This document shows, in pieces, positions 47,679 to 57,397 of a stretch of 64,000 nucleotides of DNA (its first letter is position 1; each line of letters starts with the position of its first letter). Origin of the DNA: Nitrospiraceae bacterium (GTDB lineage Bacteria; Nitrospirota; Nitrospiria; Nitrospirales; Nitrospiraceae). Under the pieces are notes generated by a model. That model was not told where the DNA came from. It ran no database searches and saw nothing but the letters and a program-made list of their open reading frames with translations. The stretch is taken from positions 64,001-128,000 of the forward strand of contig JBFWWG010000001.1 of assembly GCA_050246315.1 (NCBI GenBank), in the 5' to 3' direction. Position numbers and translations under genes: made by a program.

Positions 47679-49168
47679 CGTTTTCACTCTCCTTATCCCT
47701 CTCAGACCTGCTCTTGCTGCTGCCGGAGATCGTGCTGACGCTTTGGGTTTGCGCGATCCTGGCGGTCGATTTCGTCTGGCCGAGGCTGCCCAAGGTTCAC
47801 ATCGCCTCGTTGAGTGTTCTATCGCTGGTCAGCACCCTCGCCTGCCTGGTTTGGCTCGACCTCTCACACGTGACGGGAGCCCTGTTCCGCAATATGTTCG
47901 TGCTCGACCGGATGGCGATCTTCTTCAAGATCTTCATCATGGCCGCCACCCTCCTGGTGGTGCTGGCCTCAATCGAATACATCCGCAAGTTTCGCTTTTT
48001 TCGCGGGGAGTATTACTTCCTGTTGCTCATGTCGGCACTCGGCATGATGTTCATGGCCTCCGCCAACGACCTGCTCTCCCTGTTTGTGACGCTGGAGTTT
48101 TCGACCTTCGGCTTCTATGTGCTCGTCTCGTATTTGCGCGACGACCTGGCCTCCAACGAATCGGGCATCAAATTCTTTATCCTGGGCGTGTTCGCCGCCG
48201 GCCTATTGGCCTACGGGATCAGCCTCGTCTACGGCGAAACCGGCAAGATCGTCTTCTCCGATATGATGGGATCTGAAGCCACACCGGGGCTGATTGTAGG
48301 CTACCTGCTGATTTTTGCTGCCCTGGGTTTCAAGATCGGCGCGGTCCCGTTCCACTCCTGGATTCCGGACACGTACCATGGGGCGCCCACTCCGGTGACG
48401 GCCTTTCTCTCCATCGCCCCGAAAGGCGCAGCCCTGGCTATTTTGCTGCGCATGTTCTACATCGCGCTGGCCACGATGAAACCGGCTTGGGTCATGGTGT
48501 TGGTCGCGGTGTCCATCCTGTCGATGACCTACGCCAACATCGTGGCGATCGCTCAGCGCAATATCAAACGCCTGCTGGCCTACTCCGGGATCGCACAGAT
48601 CGGAAACGTGCTGATCGGGTTGGCGGCTGGCTCGAAGATGGGTGAGGATGCCATCCTGTTCTATCTCTTGACGTACCTGTTCGCCAACATGGGCGCCTTT
48701 GCCGTGATCATCACCGTCGGCAACCTGACCGGCAGCGACGAGATCGAGGATTACAGCGGCTTGAACCGCCGCTCGCCGTTCCTGGCGTTTGCGATGCTGT
48801 TATTTCTGCTGTCGCTGGCCGGGGTGCCTCCTCTCGCCGGGTTTATCGGCAAGCTCTATATTTTTGTCGCGGCCATCAAGGAAGGCCTGTACACCTTGAT
48901 CGCCGTTGGATTGATCAACGTCGTCATCTCCATGTACTACTATCTGGTCGTCGTCAAGAAGATGTACATCAACGAGCCGATCGATCCGACGCCGCTGCGG
49001 GTGCCCGGATCAATGCAGGCCGTGTTGTATATCGGCCTCGCCGGCACCCTCGCGCTCGGGATCTACCCGCAGCCGATCATCGACTGGGTGGTCTCCGCCA
49101 CGCTCATGTTTTCCAACCTTGCCGGCTCGATCGCCCAATCGACTCCGCCGACAATACCAGGGGGATGA
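47675..49168 (+). CDS. nuoN: Complex I subunit N
   Basis: GEYY, ESGIKFF, FKIGAVPFHSWIPDTY.GAPTP, KRLLAYS, SLAGVPP. Confidence 0.97.
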   Translation: MTFSLSLSLSDLLLLLPEIVLTLWVCAILAVDFVWPRLPKVHIASLSVLSLVSTLACLVWLDLSHVTGALFRNMFVLDRMAIFFKIFIMAATLLVVLASIEYIRKFRFFRGEYYFLLLMSALGMMFMASANDLLSLFVTLEFSTFGFYVLVSYLRDDLASNESGIKFFILGVFAAGLLAYGISLVYGETGKIVFSDMMGSEATPGLIVGYLLIFAALGFKIGAVPFHSWIPDTYHGAPTPVTAFLSIAPKGAALAILLRMFYIALATMKPAWVMVLVAVSILSMTYANIVAIAQRNIKRLLAYSGIAQIGNVLIGLAAGSKMGEDAILFYLLTYLFANMGAFAVIITVGNLTGSDEIEDYSGLNRRSPFLAFAMLLFLLSLAGVPPLAGFIGKLYIFVAAIKEGLYTLIAVGLINVVISMYYYLVVVKKMYINEPIDPTPLRVPGSMQAVLYIGLAGTLALGIYPQPIIDWVVSATLMFSNLAGSIAQSTPPTIPGG

Positions 49169-49392
49169 GCGTTCCGCTTTTCACCGCGGTACCTCTCTCG
49201 CCATCGCGTCCACGTCCCCGCACGGCCGCTGCGCAAAACGAGAAATCCATCAGGGTTCAGACCCCGCTCTGCTAGAATACCCACCGATCGGATCCAGCCG
49301 GCGCTTTGCACCCGGTCGCCGCGTGTCCCCTCGGCCATGATCGTCGCTCCGAAGAGCGGCCGCGCGTCCTCCGTGTTTCGGTCGACGCACCC

Positions 49393-50802
49393 ATGCGCAT
49401 CCCATACCGCAATCCGTTTGCCCAGTGGTCCATTCATCATCTCATGTTGCTCGGCTTCGGATTGGTGTTCTTTGTCGTCGGCACCATCAGTCTCCTGGTC
49501 TATCGCAACACCTCCCATCTCATCAGCAACGCCAGACACGACGCCAGAAGCCAACGCCTGGTCAAGGGACTCGACGATCTGCTGGCGCTGTTGGAGGAAG
49601 CCGAACGTAGTTCCCGTCGCTATTTCGTTACCGGCGACGACAGTTATTTGGAGGCTCACCAGACCGCGGTCGAATTGGCTCCGGCCTATGTGCTGACGTT
49701 TCAGGAGTCCGTCCGGGAGAGTCCCGTGCAGCAGGAACGAGTTCTCTCGCTCGAAACCCGTATTAAGCGCGTGCTCGATGTCGAGCGGGCCGGCATCGCT
49801 CAACGAAAGAAGCATGGGTATCAAGGGGTACGTCCGCTGGTGTCCGGACGGGACGCCAACCGCGAACTGGAGGGGGTACGGCTCATCGTGTCCGAGATCA
49901 GCCGTGAAGAAAGCGCAACGACCGAACGTCGGGCCCATGACTCCGCAGCCAGTACCCACCTGAACATATGGCTTTTGGGCGGGGGCACCTTGTTGCAGTG
50001 GGTGCTCCTGTCATCGGTCTACTACCTCATCAGGCATGACCTCGCTGAACGGGAGCGGGTGGCCAGGGAACTCGCTCGCAGGGGCGAATTACTCGAAGCG
50101 GCCAACAAGGAACTGGAGGCCTTTAGCTATTCCGTGTCGCACGATTTGAGGGCCCCGCTCCGCCACATCGACGGCTATGTCGCGTTGTTGGACAAGGCCG
50201 CTGGCCAGGATCTCCCCGAAAAAGCCCGCCGCTACCTCACGACCATTTCCCAGGCCGCCAAACAAATGGGGCAGTTGATCGATGACCTCCTCAGCTTCTC
50301 GCGCATGGGACGGGCGGAGATGATGACGACCAACGTGGACATCAATCAACTTGTGAAGGACGTGATTCAGCATCTGCAACCGGACCTACAGGGGCGCAAC
50401 ATCGCCTGGCAGATCGATGACCTGCCGGTCGTCCAAGGCGATCCCTCCATGTTGCGTCAGATCTTCGTGAATCTGATCGCCAACGCGGTCAAGTTCACGG
50501 GCACGCGACCGTTGGCCCGGATCGAGATCGGAACCGAGTCGTCCTCGCCGCAAGACACAGTCATCTTCGTGAAGGATAACGGCGTGGGGTTCGACATGGC
50601 CTACCGCGACAAGCTGTTCGGCGTCTTTCAGCGGCTCCACCGGGCTGAGGAATTCGAGGGAACCGGAATCGGGCTCGCCAACGTTCGGAGGATCATCCAC
50701 CGGCACGGCGGCAGAAGTTGGGCGGAGGGGCATCCCGACCAGGGCGCCACCTTCTATATCGCTCTTCCCAAGCATCAAACTCCATTGAGGATCGCGGCAT
50801 GA
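49393..50802 (+). CDS. Membrane sensor histidine kinase (CHASE3-like sensor domain)
   Basis: Two TM helices flanking AERSSRRYFVTGD..YL; FSYSVSHDLRAPL; NAVKF, DNGVGFD, GTGIGLA. Confidence 0.92.
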   Translation: MRIPYRNPFAQWSIHHLMLLGFGLVFFVVGTISLLVYRNTSHLISNARHDARSQRLVKGLDDLLALLEEAERSSRRYFVTGDDSYLEAHQTAVELAPAYVLTFQESVRESPVQQERVLSLETRIKRVLDVERAGIAQRKKHGYQGVRPLVSGRDANRELEGVRLIVSEISREESATTERRAHDSAASTHLNIWLLGGGTLLQWVLLSSVYYLIRHDLAERERVARELARRGELLEAANKELEAFSYSVSHDLRAPLRHIDGYVALLDKAAGQDLPEKARRYLTTISQAAKQMGQLIDDLLSFSRMGRAEMMTTNVDINQLVKDVIQHLQPDLQGRNIAWQIDDLPVVQGDPSMLRQIFVNLIANAVKFTGTRPLARIEIGTESSSPQDTVIFVKDNGVGFDMAYRDKLFGVFQRLHRAEEFEGTGIGLANVRRIIHRHGGRSWAEGHPDQGATFYIALPKHQTPLRIAA

Positions 50803-51257
50803 CCGTGAGCTATAAACCGATTCTACTGGCCGACGACAACCCCCATGATGCCGAGTTGGCCTTGGCCGCTATGGAAGAGCAGCGGCTCGCAGAGAAGGTG
50901 ACCCTCTGCCGGGACGGTTCGGAGGTCTTGGACTATCTCTATCGTCGAGGATCCTACGCCGTTCGTCCGGAAGGTCAACCGACGGTCATCCTGTTGGATC
51001 TCAAGATGCCCAAGATCGACGGTCTGGAGGTATTGCGCGCCATAAAATCGGATGACCTATTGAAGCGCATCCCGGTTGTTATCTTTACGTCGTCTCGGGA
51101 GAACCAGGACATCTTGCGCTGCTACGCCGTCGGCGCCAACGCGTATGTGGTGAAACCGGTGGAGTTCGAGGAATTCAGGAAGACCGTCGCAGAACTGGGC
51201 CTGTTCTGGGGCTCGATCAACGAGCCGCCGCCGGAACCTGTGCCGGCGGCTCGGTAA
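50799..51257 (+). CDS. Single-domain response regulator (Rcp1-like)
   Basis: ILLADDN, ILLDLKMPKIDG, FTSS, YVVKP; ATGA overlap with the kinase. Confidence 0.93.
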   Translation: MTVSYKPILLADDNPHDAELALAAMEEQRLAEKVTLCRDGSEVLDYLYRRGSYAVRPEGQPTVILLDLKMPKIDGLEVLRAIKSDDLLKRIPVVIFTSSRENQDILRCYAVGANAYVVKPVEFEEFRKTVAELGLFWGSINEPPPEPVPAAR

Positions 51258-51449
51258 ATCCGGCGAAGCGGGAAGCCTGTTCCGTTGACCGAGCGGAAAG
51301 GCCTCTCTATACTCCTCCCGGAAGGTCCAGCCTTCGACGTACCCCCGTGTCCACCCTGTCACGCAGGCTCATCCGAGCTGCTCATGTATCGCTACCGCTC
51401 ACACCCAGCAGCGGGCAGGAATCGGCGGAAAGATCTGCGGGATGTCCTA

Positions 51450-52379
51450 ATGGTCAAGACCGAAACAGCCATGCACCATGGTGGGACACTCCTCCGCCGT
51501 GCCGCACTAATCCTGCTGCTGGTCACTCTGACTCCTGCAGCGCCGTCTGCCTCCGATGAGGATCTCAAGTGGGACACCGTGGCCGATGGGTTGGCCTTCA
51601 CAACCTGGAATCCCGAGACCACATGCGGCGAGGACATCGCCGCGGTGATCGTCCGCATCGATCCGGAGCGTTACCGGTTTGCGATCCACTATTACCAGGA
51701 CGAAGGCTTGCTGAATCCTCCCTTGATGGTGGACTGGCAGCGGCGAATCGGGGCCAGTCTGATGTTCAACGCTGGACTGTTTCGTGACGATTTTTCCTAT
51801 ATGGGGTTGCTCTACAAAGGTGGGCGGGCGCTCGGGAAGCGACGGCATCCGCAGTGGCAGGCCCTATTCGTCGCCGAGCCAACGGAAGGGGGGCGTCGAA
51901 CAGCCGGCGTGCTGGACCTGGCGTATGACGCATTCGACGAGGACCATCCCCCGTACGGAGAAGCCGCGCAATCCCTTATGGTGGTGGATAGAACCGGCAA
52001 GATCCGCGTCAGGCAATCGGGCAAGCGCGCGCACCAAACGCTCCTGGCCGAGGACGGAGCCGGCAGGATCTCCCTCATCAAGACGACAAAGCCGGCGACC
52101 CTATACGGGTTGGGAGACTGTCTTCACCGATCGTTTCCGGCCATGAAGCAGGTCATGGCCATGGACGGCGGCTCTTCCTCTGAAGTATTGGTCGGCAGTG
52201 ACCTGTTGACACAACTCAGCCGCTCCGGTTACTCGCCAGCTTGGCGATCCGCTGTCGACGGCACGGCCCGGGCTTCTCACATCCCGCTTCCGGCGGTCAT
52301 CAGCATCAGGCCGCGGACGGAGGTCGCCTCACCGTCCACGACCACCCATCCGCCGCCACAACCTTTCTCCACTCGCTGA
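51450..52379 (+). CDS. Phosphodiester glycosidase-like exported protein
   Basis: Signal peptide; FNAGLF, AMDGGSS and P..I motifs; start uncertain. Confidence 0.7.
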   Translation: MVKTETAMHHGGTLLRRAALILLLVTLTPAAPSASDEDLKWDTVADGLAFTTWNPETTCGEDIAAVIVRIDPERYRFAIHYYQDEGLLNPPLMVDWQRRIGASLMFNAGLFRDDFSYMGLLYKGGRALGKRRHPQWQALFVAEPTEGGRRTAGVLDLAYDAFDEDHPPYGEAAQSLMVVDRTGKIRVRQSGKRAHQTLLAEDGAGRISLIKTTKPATLYGLGDCLHRSFPAMKQVMAMDGGSSSEVLVGSDLLTQLSRSGYSPAWRSAVDGTARASHIPLPAVISIRPRTEVASPSTTTHPPPQPFSTR

Positions 52380-52394
52380 CGCCCGTGTCCGCCG

Positions 52395-52853
52395 CTACCG
52401 CCGAGGCCGGTCGACCGGATACCCCGCCTCCGCCCACGCGTTCATGCTCCCGTCAACATTGTAGACGAAACGGTATCCCAGATCGGCCAGAGTCTCCGCG
52501 GCAATATTGCTGCGATGGCCGGACTGGCAGTACACCACGATATGTTCGTCGAGCTTGGCTCCGATCTGCTTGTGCCTGACCTTAATCTCGCGAAAATCGA
52601 TGTTCAAATCGGTGCCGGGAATGAATCCTCCCACGTGTTCTTCCGGGCTGCGGACATCAATCAAAAAGAACCCTTTCTTGTCCGGTGCCATGGCTTTCAT
52701 CAACCCCGCGCGCAATTGCTGCACCGTCAACAGATAACTATGGTAGGCGAGTCCTACGGTGGACCCGGCCACGACAATCGCCAGCACGACGCCGCCTATC
52801 AGAATCCACCCTGGCCGTTTCATGGACATCCTCCTTTCGCAGCGATTCATCAT
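52395..52853 (-). CDS. Exported rhodanese-like protein
   Basis: LIDVRSPEE, VYCQSGHRS, GSMNAW; N-terminal signal peptide. Confidence 0.9.
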   Translation of the reverse strand: MMNRCERRMSMKRPGWILIGGVVLAIVVAGSTVGLAYHSYLLTVQQLRAGLMKAMAPDKKGFFLIDVRSPEEHVGGFIPGTDLNIDFREIKVRHKQIGAKLDEHIVVYCQSGHRSNIAAETLADLGYRFVYNVDGSMNAWAEAGYPVDRPRR

Positions 52854-52994
52854 GCCGCTGTATCAGGCAGACAGTCGATCCCGTGCAGTGGGAAACATTG
52901 CAGAATGATCCGCGCCACACAGATCCGTCGGACGTCAATCGAACCACTACCCGATCTTGTCCCGATCGGTCCCTCCGCTTATGATACGAACTCC

Positions 52995-53303
52995 ATGAAA
53001 AACCGGTCAAGGTACTTGCTGCTCTCTCTCATCGTCGCCTGTCAGGGCTGTGGGGAGGGCGCGAAGCTGTTGCAGACGAGCGAGCAGGGAGGCGTCGCGG
53101 TCTACCCCTTCAGGCCGGAAACCGGAGCGATGACCTCGTCCCTTCGGCGAGACGCCCTTCGGCTCATCGAGGAGCATTGTGGCCGTCACTACACCATCGT
53201 CCGTGAGGGAGAGACCAAAGGCCGCAGCCGGATCCACGATGTACAGGGGGCGCAGGAGGTGATCCAGGAACGGCGGTGGGGGATTCAGTTCGAGTGTCGA
53301 TGA
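52995..53303 (+). CDS. Hypothetical lipoprotein
   Basis: MKNRSRYLLLSLIVACQGC signal; C-terminal FEC. Confidence 0.7.
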   Translation: MKNRSRYLLLSLIVACQGCGEGAKLLQTSEQGGVAVYPFRPETGAMTSSLRRDALRLIEEHCGRHYTIVREGETKGRSRIHDVQGAQEVIQERRWGIQFECR

Positions 53304-53312
53304 TGCAAACGG

Positions 53313-53897
53313 TCAGCGAGCGCCGTCCGGTCCAAGCCGAGCTTGGAAGTCGTCGATCGTCAGCAGACTCAACAGCTTAAGCCCTTCTCGCTCTACGCGA
53401 GCCCGACCGTCCTGTTCTTTCCGATCCACGATCACCAGAGCATGCTCGACTTTCAATCCGGCGTCTCGTGCCGCCGCCACCGCTTTCAGCAGAGAGCCAC
53501 CGCTGGTCAACACATCGTCCACAATCATCGCCCGGTCGCCCGGACGGACGCCGCCTTCGATCAACTTTCCCAGTCCGTGGTCCTTGGCCTGCTTTCTCAC
53601 TACAAAGGTCTGCCAAGCCCGCCGGGGTGACATCGCGTACGCGTAGTCTGAAATCGTGGTCGCGATAGAAATCGCTCCGATCTCCAATCCGCCAACACAG
53701 TCGATGTGCAACTCTTTCAACTGCTCCCAGGCGGCCTGCGCGACAATCCGTCGGGGTCCGGGATAGGCCATGAGCATGCGGCAGTCCACATAGAAGGGGC
53801 TCGTCAGGCCGGAAGCCAACTTGAATCCCTTGTCGGGATCGTACCGGAACGACTGGGTTTCCAGAAACGCCGCGACCAACTCGGTCCTCATGGTCAC
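53313..53897 (-). CDS. pyrE: Orotate phosphoribosyltransferase
   Basis: FKLASG.S.FYVD, VRKQAKDHG, IVDDVLTSGGS, VDR. Confidence 0.94.
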   Translation of the reverse strand: MTMRTELVAAFLETQSFRYDPDKGFKLASGLTSPFYVDCRMLMAYPGPRRIVAQAAWEQLKELHIDCVGGLEIGAISIATTISDYAYAMSPRRAWQTFVVRKQAKDHGLGKLIEGGVRPGDRAMIVDDVLTSGGSLLKAVAAARDAGLKVEHALVIVDRKEQDGRARVEREGLKLLSLLTIDDFQARLGPDGAR

Positions 53898-54113
53898 ACC
53901 CCGACCCGCTCGCCCACATTATGCATGAACGCTTCTACGGCAGCCACCGTGCGACCCATTGCAGAACGGAGCACCGGGTGAACCGTCTCGAACCGTCATG
54001 ATGAATAGGGGCTGAATGGTCGGCCTGAAGCACCTGCTAATGTCTCCTGACCTATCGCGCCGCGGCCTGTCGGTTTCTCGGATTCACGGGAGGCGCTGGC
54101 TCGAACGAAGCGG

Positions 54114-54320
54114 TCAGTAGGAACCTGTCCTGCCGGGTGAGGAGGTGCCGCGAGACGGACGTTGGGAACGGCCGGTTTGTGCCTCGCGAGACGAGTCCTT
54201 GTCTTCCGCTTGCTTAACCTGCTCTTCATCCGTCATGTATCGATCCGGCTCTACGCAACCCTGAAGGCAACCGCACAGCACCAGAAGACCCATTGCAAGC
54301 CCAAGACGCATAGGAACCAT
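54114..54320 (-). CDS. Small hypothetical lipoprotein
   Basis: AAAGG RBS; hydrophobic signal with LQGC lipobox. Confidence 0.5.
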   Translation of the reverse strand: MVPMRLGLAMGLLVLCGCLQGCVEPDRYMTDEEQVKQAEDKDSSREAQTGRSQRPSRGTSSPGRTGSY

Positions 54321-54439
54321 CCTTTACCTTTTTCTGTCGGATGAGCCGACGCCTTCACTCTACTACAGGGAGCCAGGCCCGAGAAAGCTCAGATTTTGCT
54401 ACAAATGAGGCGCAAATTGGTCGGACCCGAGCGGACCAG

Positions 54440-54952
54440 TCAGGAAAACCTGTTCACCTGTTCCGCCAGCGTCTTCGAGACCAGCCCCAGATCGAACGGC
54501 CAGGCGTACCGCAGGGTGATCCCGGGATGTTTACTCCTGAGCGTCGCGAGGGTTTCCGGAATCTCGGTTTCCGAATGGGAACCGCCCGGCGTGAACATCG
54601 TGGTGATCACGGTGACCTCTGCAGCTCCCTGTCGGACCAACTCCTCTACCGCAGCTTCCAACGTGGGAGCGCAATATTCGTTATAGGCTATCGTCAACAA
54701 CCGCCCATCCAGCCGTTCACGCAGATGCGAGGCCACGGCCTCCAACCCCATACGATAGGGATCGTTCTGTGGAGTTCGAGGCCATTGCCGGATCGTAGCA
54801 TCCAATTCGATTTCCTCCTGGCTAGGAGGCATCTTGGCGGCCCGCCGCTGTGTCTCCAACCGCTTGAGCCGCATGACCAGTTCTTGCGGGCAATCCTTGG
54901 GAATGCCTCCATGTCCGACGAGCACAACTCCACGTTGAATGGCTCCCACCAC
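54440..54952 (-). CDS. CbiX/SirB-family single-domain chelatase
   Basis: LVGHG, AYNEYCAPT, GGSHSETEIP (two His ligands). Confidence 0.85.
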   Translation of the reverse strand: MVGAIQRGVVLVGHGGIPKDCPQELVMRLKRLETQRRAAKMPPSQEEIELDATIRQWPRTPQNDPYRMGLEAVASHLRERLDGRLLTIAYNEYCAPTLEAAVEELVRQGAAEVTVITTMFTPGGSHSETEIPETLATLRSKHPGITLRYAWPFDLGLVSKTLAEQVNRFS

Positions 54953-54980
54953 GCTTCTCCTTTCATATTGCCGACTGCGG

Positions 54981-55934
54981 CTAGACGTGATTCCTCAAGA
55001 TCAGTTCCTTGGGATGCGGATTCAGGTAGATCTGATCTCGGACGCAGGACACCTCCAATCGGACCGCGTAATGTTTGACCAGTGTCATCGCCATGACCAA
55101 TGGGACCAAACCGCGATGATAGTCGTCGATGACCCCGAGCAATTCCGCCTTTTCAGCCTGATTGAGATGGACCATGAAATGTCCGATCAGGTGATGCAAC
55201 ACCTTGACATGCTTGCGGACCGTCGCTTTGATGACCAGAGCCTCCATGAACAACGTTCCATATCGCAGAGCCAACTCTTTCGGCCGAGAGCGGTCGGTCT
55301 GCGCGACGATCTGGCCCAAACTCCGATAGTGAGTCGCGCTGTGCACCAGAAGGAGGTACTTGTGGATCCTGTGAAAGCTCACCAGCGCACACCGCGTGAC
55401 CCCGGCTGACAGCAGGCTCCGCCACCGGTCGTAGGCGAACACCCGCTCAATGAAGTTCTCGCGGATCGCTGGATCGCAGAGTCGTCCTTCCTCTTCGATC
55501 GGCATGAGTGGGAACTGCTCCTGGATGGCACGGGCAAAGATACCCACGCCGGCCCGTCCCGGCATCCCGTGCTTGTCGTACAGACGGACCCGCTCAATCC
55601 CGCAGCTCGGCGAGTCCTTCTTGAACACATAACCGCAGAGGTCCTCCCCTTTCAGCTCACGAACTCGCCGTTGCGAGAACTTGTCGAGCGGCCTGGTCAG
55701 ATCCCGGTTCGTTCGAATCGTGATCAACCGTGGCTGCTCCGGCTTGCCCACCAGGCGCATCGCCTCACGAGGGATGCCCAGCCCCGCTTCCACCTCGGGA
55801 CAGACCGCTACCCATTCGACATGGCGTCCCAGCACCTCGACCAGAAAGGGGTCCCGCTTGTGCCGGCCATCGAACCGGACCTGCTCGCCGAGCAAACAGC
55901 GGCTGATGCCGAGCCTGATAGGCTTGGCGTTCAT
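54981..55934 (-). CDS. DUF523 (TudS-like) / DUF1722 (YbgA) fusion protein
   Basis: GISRCLLGEQVRFDG, VCPEV, KKDSPSCG, EEEGRL..RENF, YLNPHP; ATG 55934 overlaps the upstream stop. Confidence 0.9.
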   Translation of the reverse strand: MNAKPIRLGISRCLLGEQVRFDGRHKRDPFLVEVLGRHVEWVAVCPEVEAGLGIPREAMRLVGKPEQPRLITIRTNRDLTRPLDKFSQRRVRELKGEDLCGYVFKKDSPSCGIERVRLYDKHGMPGRAGVGIFARAIQEQFPLMPIEEEGRLCDPAIRENFIERVFAYDRWRSLLSAGVTRCALVSFHRIHKYLLLVHSATHYRSLGQIVAQTDRSRPKELALRYGTLFMEALVIKATVRKHVKVLHHLIGHFMVHLNQAEKAELLGVIDDYHRGLVPLVMAMTLVKHYAVRLEVSCVRDQIYLNPHPKELILRNHV

Positions 55935-56869
55935 ATCCGGGCACCGACAGTCGGAGCACCTGCGAAGATCGATCGAAGGGCCGAGTCCAAACGTGGGAAC
56001 TGAAATCGATATCCACCCTCGAGCGCGACTCTCGGGGTCACATGCTGGCCGGTGGTCATGACGGAAGCCAGTTCTCCAAAGACAAGACGTAACGCCAGCG
56101 TCGGCACAGGCAACCATGAGGGCCGTTTCATGGTCTTCCCGAGCGTGTCACAGAATTCCTTCATGGTGACGGGAACGGGCGCCACCGCATTGACTGGTCC
56201 GCTGACGGTCTCATTCGCAATCGCCCATGTCATCAGGCCGACCAGATCGACCCGGTGAATCCACGAGACCCACTGGGTTCCCGGCGCAATCGGCCCACCC
56301 ACGAACGCCCAAAAAGGCGGCCGCATCTTCGCCAGCGCCCCACCGTCTCGCTCCAGTACCATCCCGATTCGAAGACAGACGACCCGAACGCCTGCGGATC
56401 GAGCCGCGAACGCCCCCTGTTCCCACTCTATGCAGAGGCGAGCCAAGAAATCCGCGCCGGGTCCATCCCGTTCATCAAACAACCCATCCTGACTCGCGCC
56501 GTAGTACCCCACGCCGGATGCGCTGATTAGCACAGGCGGCTTGGTCGCGAGGCGAAAGATCGCTTGGACCAAGCAGCCTGTGGCATTCACACGACTGTCG
56601 ACGATCATCCGTTTGCGGGACGGTGTCCACCGGCCGCCGGCAATCGGATCTCCGGCGAGGTTGATGACCGCCGCGGCGGCCTCCAGTTCCCGTTCCCAAG
56701 GGCCGGATGTCACGGCATCCCATTCCACGACCGTGATCGATGGATCCAGCACCGCCCTCGCCTGAGGAGGATTCCGCGATAAGACCGAAACGGTCAGGCC
56801 CCGACGGCTGAGCGACCGACACAAGGCTCGCCCAATGAAGCCTGCCCCGCCGCTGACCACGACTCTCAT
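55931..56869 (-). CDS. YfcH/TIGR01777-like NAD-dependent epimerase
   Basis: SGGAGFIG, INLAG, SASGVGYYG, DFLA.LC..WE, RIG.VL, WIH..D. Confidence 0.92.
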   Translation of the reverse strand: MRVVVSGGAGFIGRALCRSLSRRGLTVSVLSRNPPQARAVLDPSITVVEWDAVTSGPWERELEAAAAVINLAGDPIAGGRWTPSRKRMIVDSRVNATGCLVQAIFRLATKPPVLISASGVGYYGASQDGLFDERDGPGADFLARLCIEWEQGAFAARSAGVRVVCLRIGMVLERDGGALAKMRPPFWAFVGGPIAPGTQWVSWIHRVDLVGLMTWAIANETVSGPVNAVAPVPVTMKEFCDTLGKTMKRPSWLPVPTLALRLVFGELASVMTTGQHVTPRVALEGGYRFQFPRLDSALRSIFAGAPTVGARI

Positions 56870-57212
56870 GGGCCTGCTCCTTTCGTAGATACCCACGCCC
56901 TCCCTGGCGGGGGCCTCTCGCTAAAGTAGAGAAGCCAATGGATCGCCGCTCCCGCCCTTCGGCGCTCGTCTCTTGAGCGCACTCCCGTTGACGCAAGCGA
57001 TGAATTCTACTCTTAGGGAAAGCGATGGAGCAAAAGGAGAAGGCGCTTCGGGAAATGGTGGGGCTTGCTTGTAGAACCCACGTCCTCGGCGCAGGACAGA
57101 GAACGCCCGCTCTCGCAACTCCGAGATAGACCCTTCCGGGCACCGCGGGCGGTACCCTTCCAGAATTCGCTCCGTCACGGTCATGCAACGTGGAACCTCG
57201 GCCGGCTCCACC

Positions 57213-57397
57213 CCCTGCCGTGCCCGCCAGGAAACCCCACGGACGAAGAACCATCCTGTCTTCATGAGCAGATCCGTCCGTCCTGAACTCTTCGACTCCG
57301 CTCAGAACCGACCCGTCGAAACCTGCGGGAAGCCCGTCGAATTGCCTGCGGTGAGGTCGTCGAACCGGACCAAGGGAGGGTTTGAAATGACTTCTAG
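57213..57397 (-). repeat. Degenerate MITE, family B (one TIR retained)
   Basis: Reverse complement starts CTAGAAGTCATTTCAAACCCTCC and aligns with 62149-62307; the distal TIR is lost. Confidence 0.7.
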
